Positions 6,745 through 15,545 of a stretch of 24,000 nt of DNA are shown in pieces (within the stretch, counting starts at the first letter, position 1; every line of letters begins with the position of its first letter). Source of the DNA: Algihabitans sp. (GTDB lineage Bacteria; Pseudomonadota; Alphaproteobacteria; Kiloniellales; DSM-21159); the NCBI GenBank assembly GCA_965233705.1, contig CBDDTF010000003.1:1662997-1686996 (forward strand), written 5' to 3'. A model generated the notes under the pieces. That model saw nothing but the letters and a program-made list of their open reading frames with translations. It was not told where the DNA came from and did no database searches. Made by a program: the position numbers and the translations under genes.

Positions 6745-9741
6745 TTAGGTTCCCGCTTCTTCCCGCACCTCCCGCAGCGCCCGATTGAAGAAGTGGCGGA
6801 TCGCTTGCTCGCGGGCTTGCGGATCGCTCAGCACGATGTTCTTCATCTCGTTGTCGCGCTGGAACATCTTGATGGCGCCCTTGAAGAACGCCTGACTGAA
6901 GGCGGAGAAGACCACGTCCGGCGGGTTGTTCCGCAGCATTTCTGTCAGGTCTTCGTCCATGATCTCGCGGTTGACCTGCTCGAAGCGGATAAAGTCCTCG
7001 CGCGAGAACTCCGTGCCGTGGCGGTCATTGAACGCCTTGATGATCTCGGAGAGCGAACGCTCTTCCTCTTCTGTGTAGGGCTTAGCGGCGAATTCGCTGA
7101 TGGGCTTGAGCTCTTCTGTGTCGCCGGCCGCAAGTGATGCTGACCCCTGCTCCTTCTGCTCGACACGAAACGCCTGAAGGCGGAGCATCTCCTCGGTAAT
7201 CTCGACATCGGGCGGTATTTCCCGGTTCGGCAGCAACCGCGACAGCCAGGCGGCGTAGGAATAGAGCTTTTCAAGCCCGGTATCGCCAAGCCGGATGACC
7301 TGCGCCACGAAACTGTAGAAGCGCATGTAGCTCTTCACCAGTTGGCGGAACTCTTCCTGCCGCCCCTCGTCATCCTCGGCCTCGAAACGGGCCACGGCCT
7401 GCCGTACCAGCCCTTCTAATCGGGCGCGGTCATGGGTGTCGAGCGCACCCTTGTAGAAGGTCTCGGCGAAGCGATCGATTTCGCCCTGGTCGAGGATGCC
7501 GAAGGTTTTGAGGCGTGCTTCCAACTCGTAAATCTGGTTGGGGTCGGAGTTTGCCTCCAGCCCTGTCACCTCAAAGAACGGCTTGAAGGCGTTCTGGATA
7601 TCCTCTGTGGTGTTCTGGAAGTCGAGGACGTAGGTGCGATCCTTGCCCGGATAGGTACGATTGAGGCGCGAGAGCGTCTGAACGGCCTGAAGGCCGGCGA
7701 GCTTCCGGTCCACATACATCGCGCACAGCTTCGGCTGGTCGAAGCCCGTCTGGTACTTCTCGGCGACAATCAGCACCTGATAGGCATCCGAATCGAAGCG
7801 GCGCGGAAGCTCGGTCTCGGCGAAGCCGTTCAGTTCGGCTTCAGTGTACGTTTGCCCGTCCACCTCCAGGTCGCCCGAAAACGCGACCAGCGGCTTCACA
7901 TCGGTGTAGCCATTGGCCTTGATGTAGTCGCGAACGCCAAAGTAGTAGCGAAGCGCATGCTCGCGGCTGCCTGTGACAATCATAGCCTTGGCGCGGCCGT
8001 CCAACTCGTCCATCACATGGCGGCGGAAGTGCTCGACGATCACTTCAACCTTCTGGCCGATGGCGGTCGGATGGAGGGAGGCGAAGCGTGCCACGCGACG
8101 CTGGGCGCGGCGGGTGTTCAGCTCGGGGTCGTCCTCGATGGCCTTTTCGAGCTGGTAGTAGGCTTTGTAGGTCATGTAATTCTGGAGCACGTCCAGAATG
8201 AAGCCTTCCTCGATGGCCTGGCGCATCGAGTAGAGGTGGAAAGGCTGCGGCAGCCCGTCCGCCCCCTTCGTCCCGAACCGCTCCAGCGTCACGTTGCGAG
8301 GCGTTGCGGTGAAGGCGAAATAGCTGATGTTCGGCTGCGGCCCGCGGGCTTTCTGATAGTCGGCAATCAGATCCTCGATATCGCGGCCGTCCTCGGTCTC
8401 GTCGCGCGTCAGCGCATCGCTCATGGCCTGCGCGCTCTTGCCGGACTGACTGCCATGGGCCTCGTCGATGATGACGGCAAAGGTGCGGGTCCCCTGGCCG
8501 GACAACTCCTTCAGGTGGTCGGTCGAGAACTTCTGGATGGTGGTGATGACGATGCGTGCACCGGCCTCCAGAGCCGCCTTCAACTGGCGCGAGGTGCCGT
8601 CGATTTTCTTCACCACGCCCTTGGTCTGCTCGAACTGCGCCACCGTGTTCTGGAGCTGGCGGTCGAGCACAACGCGGTCGGTAACGATGACGGCCGAATC
8701 GAAGATCGGCCTGTCGGCATCGTCATGCAGATTGGTGATCTGATGCGCCGTCCAGCCAATGGTATTGGACTTGCCGGAGCCAGCCGAGTGCTGGATCAGG
8801 TAGTTATGGCCTGGGCCGAAGCCGCGGGCGTGCATCATCAGCTTGCGCACCGCGTCGAGCTGTTGGAAGCGCGGGAAGATCAAGGTCTCCCGAACTTCGG
8901 TCGAACCGCTTGCCGTCGGCGTCTCCTGCCGCTCCAGATGGAGGAAGCGTCCGATGACGTCGAGCAACACGTCCCGCGACAACACTGCCTTGCCTTCGGG
9001 CTGGTCGGCATAGAGGTAGGCCACACGGAAGTCGCCGGCGACGTCGGGATTTCCGGCGCCGCCGTCCCGCCCGCGATTGAACGGCAGAAACCGTGTCTTG
9101 CCGTTCTGGAGGCGCGTCGTCATCGAGATATTGTCCTCGTCCATCGCGAAATGGACGAGCGCCCCGCGCTTGAAGGTCAGGAGAGGCTCACCGGCCGGAG
9201 AACGGTCGTAACGGTACTGCTTCTCGGCGTGCCGGAAGGTAGAGCCGGTCAGGAGGTTCTTCAGCTCCGCCGTTGCCACCGGCAGGCCGTTGACAAACAA
9301 CGCCACGTCAATGGCGTTCTCCGAGCGCTGACTGTAGCGGAGCTGACGGATGATTGAGAGGATGTTGGCCTCATAGAGCCGAACCAACTCGGCGTTCAAC
9401 CCGGACGCGGGCTTGAAGAAGCAAAGCGTCAGCTTGATGTTGGGGATGAGCTTCAGCCCCTGCCGCAGTACGTCGAGCGTGCCGCGCGTCTTCAGCGCCT
9501 TCTCAAGCTGCTTGAAAAATTCGGCTTCGGCGGCGGTGGTGTACTGCGCCTCCAGCTTCCGCCACTCGTCAGGTTGCGTCTCCTTGACGAAGCGAAGGAC
9601 AAGCCCGCGGTCCATGGCAAGGGCGCGGTCATACTCGTCCGGCTGTCGGGCGACATAGCCCTGTGAGGCCATCAGATGGTCCACCATGTGCTGTTCAAGC
9701 ACGATCTCTTGGTGCGCGTTCTGGGCGGCGTGCTTTGTCAT
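6745..9741 (-). CDS. hsdR: Type I restriction enzyme R subunit (helicase-nuclease)
   Basis: 998 aa with Walker A HSAGSGKSNT and a DEAH box (IIDEAHGSQSG). It is the last gene of the hsdM-hsdS operon, with an ATGA overlap with the upstream gene. Confidence 0.93.
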   Translation of the reverse strand: MTKHAAQNAHQEIVLEQHMVDHLMASQGYVARQPDEYDRALAMDRGLVLRFVKETQPDEWRKLEAQYTTAAEAEFFKQLEKALKTRGTLDVLRQGLKLIPNIKLTLCFFKPASGLNAELVRLYEANILSIIRQLRYSQRSENAIDVALFVNGLPVATAELKNLLTGSTFRHAEKQYRYDRSPAGEPLLTFKRGALVHFAMDEDNISMTTRLQNGKTRFLPFNRGRDGGAGNPDVAGDFRVAYLYADQPEGKAVLSRDVLLDVIGRFLHLERQETPTASGSTEVRETLIFPRFQQLDAVRKLMMHARGFGPGHNYLIQHSAGSGKSNTIGWTAHQITNLHDDADRPIFDSAVIVTDRVVLDRQLQNTVAQFEQTKGVVKKIDGTSRQLKAALEAGARIVITTIQKFSTDHLKELSGQGTRTFAVIIDEAHGSQSGKSAQAMSDALTRDETEDGRDIEDLIADYQKARGPQPNISYFAFTATPRNVTLERFGTKGADGLPQPFHLYSMRQAIEEGFILDVLQNYMTYKAYYQLEKAIEDDPELNTRRAQRRVARFASLHPTAIGQKVEVIVEHFRRHVMDELDGRAKAMIVTGSREHALRYYFGVRDYIKANGYTDVKPLVAFSGDLEVDGQTYTEAELNGFAETELPRRFDSDAYQVLIVAEKYQTGFDQPKLCAMYVDRKLAGLQAVQTLSRLNRTYPGKDRTYVLDFQNTTEDIQNAFKPFFEVTGLEANSDPNQIYELEARLKTFGILDQGEIDRFAETFYKGALDTHDRARLEGLVRQAVARFEAEDDEGRQEEFRQLVKSYMRFYSFVAQVIRLGDTGLEKLYSYAAWLSRLLPNREIPPDVEITEEMLRLQAFRVEQKEQGSASLAAGDTEELKPISEFAAKPYTEEEERSLSEIIKAFNDRHGTEFSREDFIRFEQVNREIMDEDLTEMLRNNPPDVVFSAFSQAFFKGAIKMFQRDNEMKNIVLSDPQAREQAIRHFFNRALREVREEAGT

Positions 9742-10322
9742 CTGGCGGATTTCCCTTCTCCGCAGGCGACAGCGGCGATTACGCCGACCAGTGCCGTCAC
9801 GAGAGCCGACATAGCCGATTGAAGGTGGTGCAGATTGACGTGATACTCGCCGTCAATCGGCCGATCGGTTTTGGCGCCACGATCATAAGTCAGGTTGTAG
9901 CGAAAGGCCGTGGAGTTGGGGTCGATGGCGCCCAGCTCCCTCATTCTGTCGATGATCCAGTCAGGCACGTCTGCGTCGAATTCTGACCTTATGAAGGTTT
10001 GATACTCTTGCGACAAAGCATCGAGATTATGCGTCTTTGCGGCGTCCCGCATAATCGCCTTCAGAAATAACTCGATAGAATGTCGATAGAGATAGAGCAC
10101 AGGGTTTGCGACTTCATAATCCGCCACCTGTTGATGCTTTATGGCCTCGACAAGCGCGCTAGCTGCATTGAAGTATTGTTGGCCAAGGCGCTGAAAGCGC
10201 TGGTTCGCTCCACCACCTACAAGGAAGCCTAATGGCTCGGACCATTCGTCGGGCCGCTCGATTGCTGCCGTTGGGTCCTCAAACAAGGGCCGATGCATCT
10301 GCTCTGCGGTGAAAACACTCAT
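9738..10322 (-). CDS. Hypothetical 194-aa protein with a hydrophobic C-terminal tail, embedded in the type I R-M operon
   Basis: The start is set at ATG 10322 (MSVFTAEQ...), which overlaps the Mrr-like stop (ATGA); its own stop overlaps the hsdR start (ATGA). It has no recognisable catalytic motif. The C-terminus AMSALVTALVGVIAAVACG is a roughly 19-residue hydrophobic stretch. Confidence 0.6.
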   Translation of the reverse strand: MSVFTAEQMHRPLFEDPTAAIERPDEWSEPLGFLVGGGANQRFQRLGQQYFNAASALVEAIKHQQVADYEVANPVLYLYRHSIELFLKAIMRDAAKTHNLDALSQEYQTFIRSEFDADVPDWIIDRMRELGAIDPNSTAFRYNLTYDRGAKTDRPIDGEYHVNLHHLQSAMSALVTALVGVIAAVACGEGKSAR

Positions 10323-11362
10323 GCGTCGCCCCCCGATATCGGCGCCCAAATCTGTTTGAGGGGCAGCTTGGCGCGGGTCTCGTCGGACAGTTCGCCATAG
10401 GCGCGGAACAACGCCTTCAACAGGTCCGGCATCTGCCAGAGGCGCAACTTGAAGAAGTTGTTGTCCAGTTCCTTCTGCGCTGCCGCGTTCACACCGCCGA
10501 TGCTGACCAGAAGACCGGTTCGCGCTTGTGTGTTCGACACCGAACCGATCAGCCGCAGCACAACGTCATGATTGGCCGCCCCATCGCCGGACTTCACCTG
10601 CACGCAGATGCGATCCTCGCCAAGGCCGAGTGTGCCGCCGGCCGCGAGGATGTCCACGCCACCGTCGGCGCCAGGCGGCGATACCTTGGTTGTGTAACCC
10701 TCCACGCGCAGAATTTCGGCCACTAGGTCGGCCAGGGCATGACCGGCGAACTCGGACTTGATCAGCGAAATGATCTGCTGGTTGGCGATATCCTCGATAT
10801 CGGTGGCGTAGTCCTCCGCCTCCACGTCCTCGTCGGGAGCTGGTGCCGATGCCTTGCCCTGCTTGCCGAGAAGGGAGCCGGGGTCACTGCCAGTCTTCAG
10901 GACAGCGCGGACCCGCTCCAGCGCCGAATTGCGCTTGATCTCGCAGATGGTCATGAACGCGCCGAAGGAATGCCGTAGGTCCTGCTTGAAGGCGTCGCGC
11001 GCAACGGACTCTTCCAGCCACTTCACCGCGCGGGAATGGCGATAAGGGTCGTTGGGATCGAAAGCGTATTCCCCCGTTACCTCGCCGATGGCGACGCCGT
11101 TCGTCACCTTCCGCGGCATAACCACAAGGTCGCCGACCTGGATGGTATGGGCAAACTGGTTTAGCTGGGCGGCAAAATTCTTCAGCCGGTTCTGTCCCGC
11201 GTCGGGCATTACCTGTTCAAGATGGACGAGAATGGCGTCTCGGCCCTTGAGCGCGCCCAAGTCGCCAACTTCGAGGAAGCCGGGCAGAAGCCTACCCTGC
11301 TCGATGGCAGCCAGCTCGCGCTCGCCCTGCTTGCCAGCCCGAACAATCCATAAGCGGCTCAT
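10319..11362 (-). CDS. Mrr-family (type IV-like) restriction endonuclease with an uncharacterised N-terminal domain
   Basis: The C-terminal half PPGADGGVDILAAGGTLGLGEDRICVQVKSG matches the Mrr catalytic core (GDGGIDG...VQAKR in E. coli Mrr). The N-terminal ~160 aa (MSRLWIVRAGKQGE...) is not the winged-helix Mrr_N. ATGA overlaps at both ends. Confidence 0.8.
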   Translation of the reverse strand: MSRLWIVRAGKQGERELAAIEQGRLLPGFLEVGDLGALKGRDAILVHLEQVMPDAGQNRLKNFAAQLNQFAHTIQVGDLVVMPRKVTNGVAIGEVTGEYAFDPNDPYRHSRAVKWLEESVARDAFKQDLRHSFGAFMTICEIKRNSALERVRAVLKTGSDPGSLLGKQGKASAPAPDEDVEAEDYATDIEDIANQQIISLIKSEFAGHALADLVAEILRVEGYTTKVSPPGADGGVDILAAGGTLGLGEDRICVQVKSGDGAANHDVVLRLIGSVSNTQARTGLLVSIGGVNAAAQKELDNNFFKLRLWQMPDLLKALFRAYGELSDETRAKLPLKQIWAPISGGDA

Positions 11363-12603
11363 GACGCCATCTCCCGCTGGATGGCGTCCAGTCGCCTGTC
11401 AGGCTCACCCCGCTTGCCCCAGGTAGCGACGTCGATCTGGCCAGTGACGGCAGCGGTGATCAGGGCGGCGCGGAACTCCTGGAGGCGCTCAATTGAGGCG
11501 GCAACCTTGTCGAATACGGGTTCTCTCGCAGCTTGTGCGGCTTGAAATCGCGTTAAAAGATCGAACTGAACCTGCCTATCAGGAACCCAAAGCCGGTAGT
11601 TTCCGAGAGTTTCGCGATTGATCTTGGGCATCGCGACACGCATGGACTCAAGCGTCGCCCAATCGGTGAACTTCCGCGAAAGCAATTGCACTAGCAGGAA
11701 CTCTGGCAAAAGGCGCTTGTCCGGCAGGATGGGGTACATGTCGGCGCTGCACATGCCGGATTGTGGTGCTATGCATGCCTTTGCCAGCGCAGGACGAATC
11801 TTGCTGTAGAGGACCGTGCCGGCGGGGTAGGCGTACTTGCCGCTGATCGCTCCCTGTTCTTCGGCGGTCTCGACCTGCAATAGGCGTCCCGTAGCAGATT
11901 GAATGTGGTTGGGTGCAATCAATGGCTGATTGGTCCAGCGTGGATCGGTGGGATCAACCTGACCCTCCGCGATGCGGCAGACCCACCGGAAGGGGATCAT
12001 CTCCTCGAAGATCATTTCGGCCGGAGTGGTCGCCTCTTCGCGCAGGGCCGCAAGCCCCTCCGCCAGAACCTCCAGCAAACGTTGCTTTTTCTCGATCAGC
12101 CGATCGATGCGGGCGGTCTCGCGGTCGAGGAAATCCGCGATGGCTTTTTGGGTGGGAAGGTCCGGAAGCGGAATTCGCTCTGCGCGTAACCTGTCACGCG
12201 AAAGCTCTATGAAGGTCGTACCTTGGCCGGCAGCCTCTAGCTTTGGCTTAATGGCAGACAAAGCCCAATATGCAAAATCAGAGCGAGCCATTGGCCGAGG
12301 CACCAAACCACGACACCCTTGGTTGAAGCACATGGGCCGTGAAGCAACGGCGATATGACCAATCGGAGCACGGATCGAAAGAATGATGGACCCGGCTGGC
12401 ACCATCTGAGTGCCACAGCTCGAATATCCCTCACGCGTTATACTGCGTTCGCCACAATCTATAGAGCGCGTCTTCAGTTTGCCCAGATCAGCAGGGCCGA
12501 CCCATGGTATGTCTCCGTCCCAGTAGGCCGGTTCGGCGGAAGCAGGGGTTGCCCCGTTCCGAACATCGAAAGCTGCACCGATAGGGACTCCTTGAAAGGT
12601 CAC
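11359..12603 (-). CDS. hsdS: Type I R-M specificity subunit
   Basis: 414 aa with two TRD-like halves separated by the conserved coiled spacer (...QKAIADFLDRETARIDRLIEKKQRLLEVL...). The C-terminal helix is RLQEFRAALITAAVTGQIDV. GTGA overlap with hsdM. Confidence 0.88.
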   Translation of the reverse strand: MTFQGVPIGAAFDVRNGATPASAEPAYWDGDIPWVGPADLGKLKTRSIDCGERSITREGYSSCGTQMVPAGSIILSIRAPIGHIAVASRPMCFNQGCRGLVPRPMARSDFAYWALSAIKPKLEAAGQGTTFIELSRDRLRAERIPLPDLPTQKAIADFLDRETARIDRLIEKKQRLLEVLAEGLAALREEATTPAEMIFEEMIPFRWVCRIAEGQVDPTDPRWTNQPLIAPNHIQSATGRLLQVETAEEQGAISGKYAYPAGTVLYSKIRPALAKACIAPQSGMCSADMYPILPDKRLLPEFLLVQLLSRKFTDWATLESMRVAMPKINRETLGNYRLWVPDRQVQFDLLTRFQAAQAAREPVFDKVAASIERLQEFRAALITAAVTGQIDVATWGKRGEPDRRLDAIQREMAS

Positions 12604-14627
12604 GCCGTCACCTCCTTCAGAAGCCCTGCAATCTCGGCCTCCAGAGCCTTCAGCTCGGCGTCTATCTGCTCCAGCGGGCGCGGCGGGACATAGCGGTAGA
12701 AGTAGCGGTTGAAGTTGATCTCGTAACCGACGCGTCCCACCTCGCCGTCGCGGGCATCGCGGTAGCTCTCGTCCACCCAGGCATCGGGTACGAAGGGTTT
12801 GACCTCGCGCGCAACGTAGTCCCGCCAGTCCTCCTTGAGCGGCACCAGCTCGTGGTCGCGCAGGTCGGTGTCCGGCTCGGGGTTTCCATCCTTGTCGGTG
12901 CAGATGTCGGCCTCTTCGTCTCGCTCCGACAAGGCAGAAAGAATAGCTTTGCGGACAGGCGCCGCAATCTTGAGCCCAGCGCTCTTCAGCGCCTTGGTCA
13001 ACGCCTTGTCGAAGGCGTCACGATTGGTGAACAGCGTGCTCGGCAAGCGAGAGAACAGCCCGTCAAGGATGTCGGCCTGCTCACCGGCGTCGAGCTTGCC
13101 GAACGCCTTCTCCGCCTTCAGGCGCTCGATGCGCTCCGCCGTGGCCTGGAAGTTCAGCCGCAAGGGCCGTTCGACGCGGATTTCCCGATAGCCGAAGTCA
13201 GTGGTGTCGAAGATCTTGGAGAACTCGCCGTACTCACCGTTACCGTTCAACATTTCGGCATAGATGCGGACGATTTCCTTGCGCGCTCCCTCGGGGATTT
13301 CCCGGCGCTTGGAGCCGAGCGACTTGCGCATGGATTTCCAGAACCGCTCGCCGCTGGCGTCAATGAGCTGCACCTTGCCGCGTCGCGCCTTCGGCTTGCG
13401 ATTGGTCAGTAGCCATACATAGGTCTGAATGCCGGTGTTGTAGAACAGGTCGGTGGGCAGGGCGACGATGGCCTCGACGAGGTCCTTCTCCAGCATCCAG
13501 CGGCGAATTTCGCTTTCGCCCGAGCTCGCGCCGCCGGTGAACAGCGGCGAGCCGTTCATGACGATGCCGATGCGCGAACCGGTTTCGTCGTCGCGCATCT
13601 TGGCGATCATATGCTGGAGGAACAGCAACTGCCCGTCGGAAATCCGCGGCAAGCCGGCGCCGAAGCGACCGTCGAAGCCCAGCGTCTCGGCCTCTTCCTT
13701 GATCGGGTCCTGGTACTTCTTCCAATCAACGCCATAGGGCGGATTGGAGAGCATGTAGTGGAAGGATTTGCCCTTGTGGGCGTCGTTCGTCAGCGTGTTG
13801 CCGAAGGCGATTTGCTCGGGGTCGTGGCCGGTGACGAGCATGTCGGATTTGCAGATGCCGAAGGACTCCCCGTTCAGCTCCTGCCCGAACAGCTCGACGC
13901 GGATGGAGGGGTTGAAGTCCTTCAGCGCTTCCTCGGTCAGCGCCAGCATGCCGCCGGTGCCGCAGGCCGGGTCATACACCTGGCGGATGATACCCTTGCC
14001 GGTCAGCTTGGTGTCGTCGTTGGCGATCAGCAGTTCGACGATGAGGCGGATGACCTCGCGCGGGGTGAAATGCTCACCGGCCGTCTCGTTGGAGATTTCC
14101 GAGAACCGGCGGATCAGGTCCTCGAACAGATAGCCCATCTCGATGTTGCTCACCCGGTCAGGGTGCAGGTCGATCTGGGTGAAGCGGTCGAACACCTGCC
14201 AGAGGATGCCGCCTTCGTTCAGGCGCTTGAGCTGGTCGGTGAACAGGAATTTGTCGAGAAAGATATCGCGGACGTTGCCGGAAAACTTGGTGATGTAGTC
14301 GATCAGGTTGGCATGGAGCTGGCCGGGGTCCTGCGCCTTCAGGCTTTTGAAGGTGAAGGCGCTGAGGTTGTAGACCTTGATGTTGCTGCCGGCCGCGCCG
14401 AACAGAATCATGTCGCGGGTTTCGTCGTCAACGCCGTCCGGCAGGCCCTTGGCGGCGTCGAGCACGTCCGCCTTCGATGCCTCAAGGATGCAATCGAGGC
14501 GTCGGAGCACGATGAAGGGAAGGATGACCTTGCCATATTCGGATTGCTTGAAGTCGCCGCGCAGGATTTCCGCGATCGACCAGACGAAGCCTCCGAGGCT
14601 TTGAACCTTGGCGTTTGCCCCTGACAC
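12600..14627 (-). CDS. hsdM: Type I R-M N6-adenine DNA methyltransferase subunit
   Basis: NPPYG motif IV (MLSNPPYGVDW), SAM motif I (VYDPACGTGGML) and an HsdM_N-like LRGDFKQSEYGKVILPFIVLRRLD. The start is set at GTG 14627 (SD GGAGGGG upstream), not at the 777-aa ORF start, which would run through the upstream HTH gene. Confidence 0.9.
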   Translation of the reverse strand: MSGANAKVQSLGGFVWSIAEILRGDFKQSEYGKVILPFIVLRRLDCILEASKADVLDAAKGLPDGVDDETRDMILFGAAGSNIKVYNLSAFTFKSLKAQDPGQLHANLIDYITKFSGNVRDIFLDKFLFTDQLKRLNEGGILWQVFDRFTQIDLHPDRVSNIEMGYLFEDLIRRFSEISNETAGEHFTPREVIRLIVELLIANDDTKLTGKGIIRQVYDPACGTGGMLALTEEALKDFNPSIRVELFGQELNGESFGICKSDMLVTGHDPEQIAFGNTLTNDAHKGKSFHYMLSNPPYGVDWKKYQDPIKEEAETLGFDGRFGAGLPRISDGQLLFLQHMIAKMRDDETGSRIGIVMNGSPLFTGGASSGESEIRRWMLEKDLVEAIVALPTDLFYNTGIQTYVWLLTNRKPKARRGKVQLIDASGERFWKSMRKSLGSKRREIPEGARKEIVRIYAEMLNGNGEYGEFSKIFDTTDFGYREIRVERPLRLNFQATAERIERLKAEKAFGKLDAGEQADILDGLFSRLPSTLFTNRDAFDKALTKALKSAGLKIAAPVRKAILSALSERDEEADICTDKDGNPEPDTDLRDHELVPLKEDWRDYVAREVKPFVPDAWVDESYRDARDGEVGRVGYEINFNRYFYRYVPPRPLEQIDAELKALEAEIAGLLKEVTA

Positions 14628-14821
14628 TATTCCCCTCCCCGTTTCTTCGCTTCCGCCGACTGCTGCTCGATCCACTTGTCGATCTCGCCGCGCCGGAACC
14701 GCCAGGCCCCGCCGACCTTGAAGCCGGGAATCTTTCGCTCGGCCGCGAGGCGATAAGCCGTCTTCTCGGTGAGCTTGAGATATCCAGCCACCTCCCGGAT
14801 CGTCATGATGTCGGTGTCCAT
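14627..14821 (-). CDS. Small excisionase-family HTH protein translationally coupled to hsdM
   Basis: MDTDIMTIREVAGYLKLTEKTAYRLAAERKIPGFKVGGAWRFRRGEIDKWI is the HTH_17 pattern. Its TAG stop shares one nucleotide with the hsdM GTG start (TAGTG). Confidence 0.7.
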   Translation of the reverse strand: MDTDIMTIREVAGYLKLTEKTAYRLAAERKIPGFKVGGAWRFRRGEIDKWIEQQSAEAKKRGGE

Positions 14822-14904
14822 ACGGCTCCCCGCCGGAACATCCAGCCCGTATTGAGAAAATACGGGAAGAAATGGGAAATGCCAAGCGGAAGACCGCCAT
14901 GGTC

Positions 14905-15477
14905 CTATTCCGCTTGCCCGCCCCGTCGTGCACACGGAAGGTGGCGGTACAGCGTTGAAACCGACACGCCTACGCGCTGAGCAACCTCAGCGACAGTGAT
15001 CTCTGGATTGCGGAGAAGCTGTCGAGCGTCGCGAATACCCTCCTTCGACAATCCAGGCGGCCGGCCGCCCTTGCGGCCTCGGGCGCGAGCGGCTTCAAGC
15101 CCGGCCGTTGTCCTTTCGCGGATCATGGCGCGCTCGAACTCCGCCAGGGCGCTGAAAACATGGAACACGAGCATGCCGCCGGCGGTCTTCGTGTCGATCA
15201 TCTCGGTCAGAGAGCGGAAGCCCATGCCCTTCGACTGGAGAAGCTGCACCGTGTCGATGAGCTGGCGCATCGACCGGGCCAGGCGGTCGAGTTTCCAGAC
15301 GACAAGCGCGTCGCCAGGTCGCATGTAGTCCAGCGCCTTGAGAAGCTCAGGCCGGTCACGCTGCGCACCGGAAGCAGTCTCGGTGAAGATGCGTTCACAT
15401 CCGGCCGCCTCAAGGGCGTCGGTTTGAAGCGTCAGATTTTGTTCGGCTGTCGAAACTCGGGCGTAACCAATATTCAC
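14905..15477 (-). CDS. Serine recombinase (resolvase/invertase family)
   Basis: (V)NIGYARVSTAEQNLTLQTDAL carries the catalytic Ser motif, followed by VVWKLDRLARS and a C-terminal HTH (ITVAEVAQRVGVSVSTLYRHL). The start is set at GTG 15477. The longer 218-aa ORF would read through the luxI-operon terminator hairpin. Confidence 0.88.
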   Translation of the reverse strand: MNIGYARVSTAEQNLTLQTDALEAAGCERIFTETASGAQRDRPELLKALDYMRPGDALVVWKLDRLARSMRQLIDTVQLLQSKGMGFRSLTEMIDTKTAGGMLVFHVFSALAEFERAMIRERTTAGLEAARARGRKGGRPPGLSKEGIRDARQLLRNPEITVAEVAQRVGVSVSTLYRHLPCARRGGQAE

Positions 15478-15545
15478 TCTCTCGAAAATCCATAAATTTA
15501 ACACGGACAGTGTATCAGATTTCGACGCACAGTTTTGAGAAATAC

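Noticed and set aside
7432-9357. 641-aa plus-strand ORF
   Set aside because: It is entirely antisense to hsdR, which has clear helicase motifs. Its Gly/Ala/Arg/Leu/Val-rich low-complexity translation is typical of shadow ORFs in high-GC DNA.
9738-10322. HEPN nuclease assignment for ORF194, based on RDAAKTH (R-x5-H) and RPIDGEYH (R-x6-H)
   Set aside because: The minimal Rx4-6H pattern is too short to be specific, and I cannot verify the surrounding HEPN helices by eye. It is noted only as something a profile or structure search could test.
12835-14624. Several plus-strand ORFs (186, 337, 121 aa etc.) across the hsdM region
   Set aside because: All are antisense to hsdM, which has the NPPY and SAM-binding motifs. 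None has motifs or an SD.
14628-14933. N-terminal 102-codon extension of the 777-aa hsdM ORF
   Set aside because: The extension overlaps the well-formed HTH gene in another frame, and its translation is Arg/Gly-rich. A GTG with a GGAGGGG SD at 14627 gives a normal HsdM N-terminus.
11359-15477. Phase-variable (shufflon-type) hsdS system driven by the adjacent recombinase
   Set aside because: Only one hsdS gene is present. No partial or inverted hsdS copies or matching inverted repeats were seen. The recombinase is a serine resolvase separated from hsdS by hsdM and the HTH gene.
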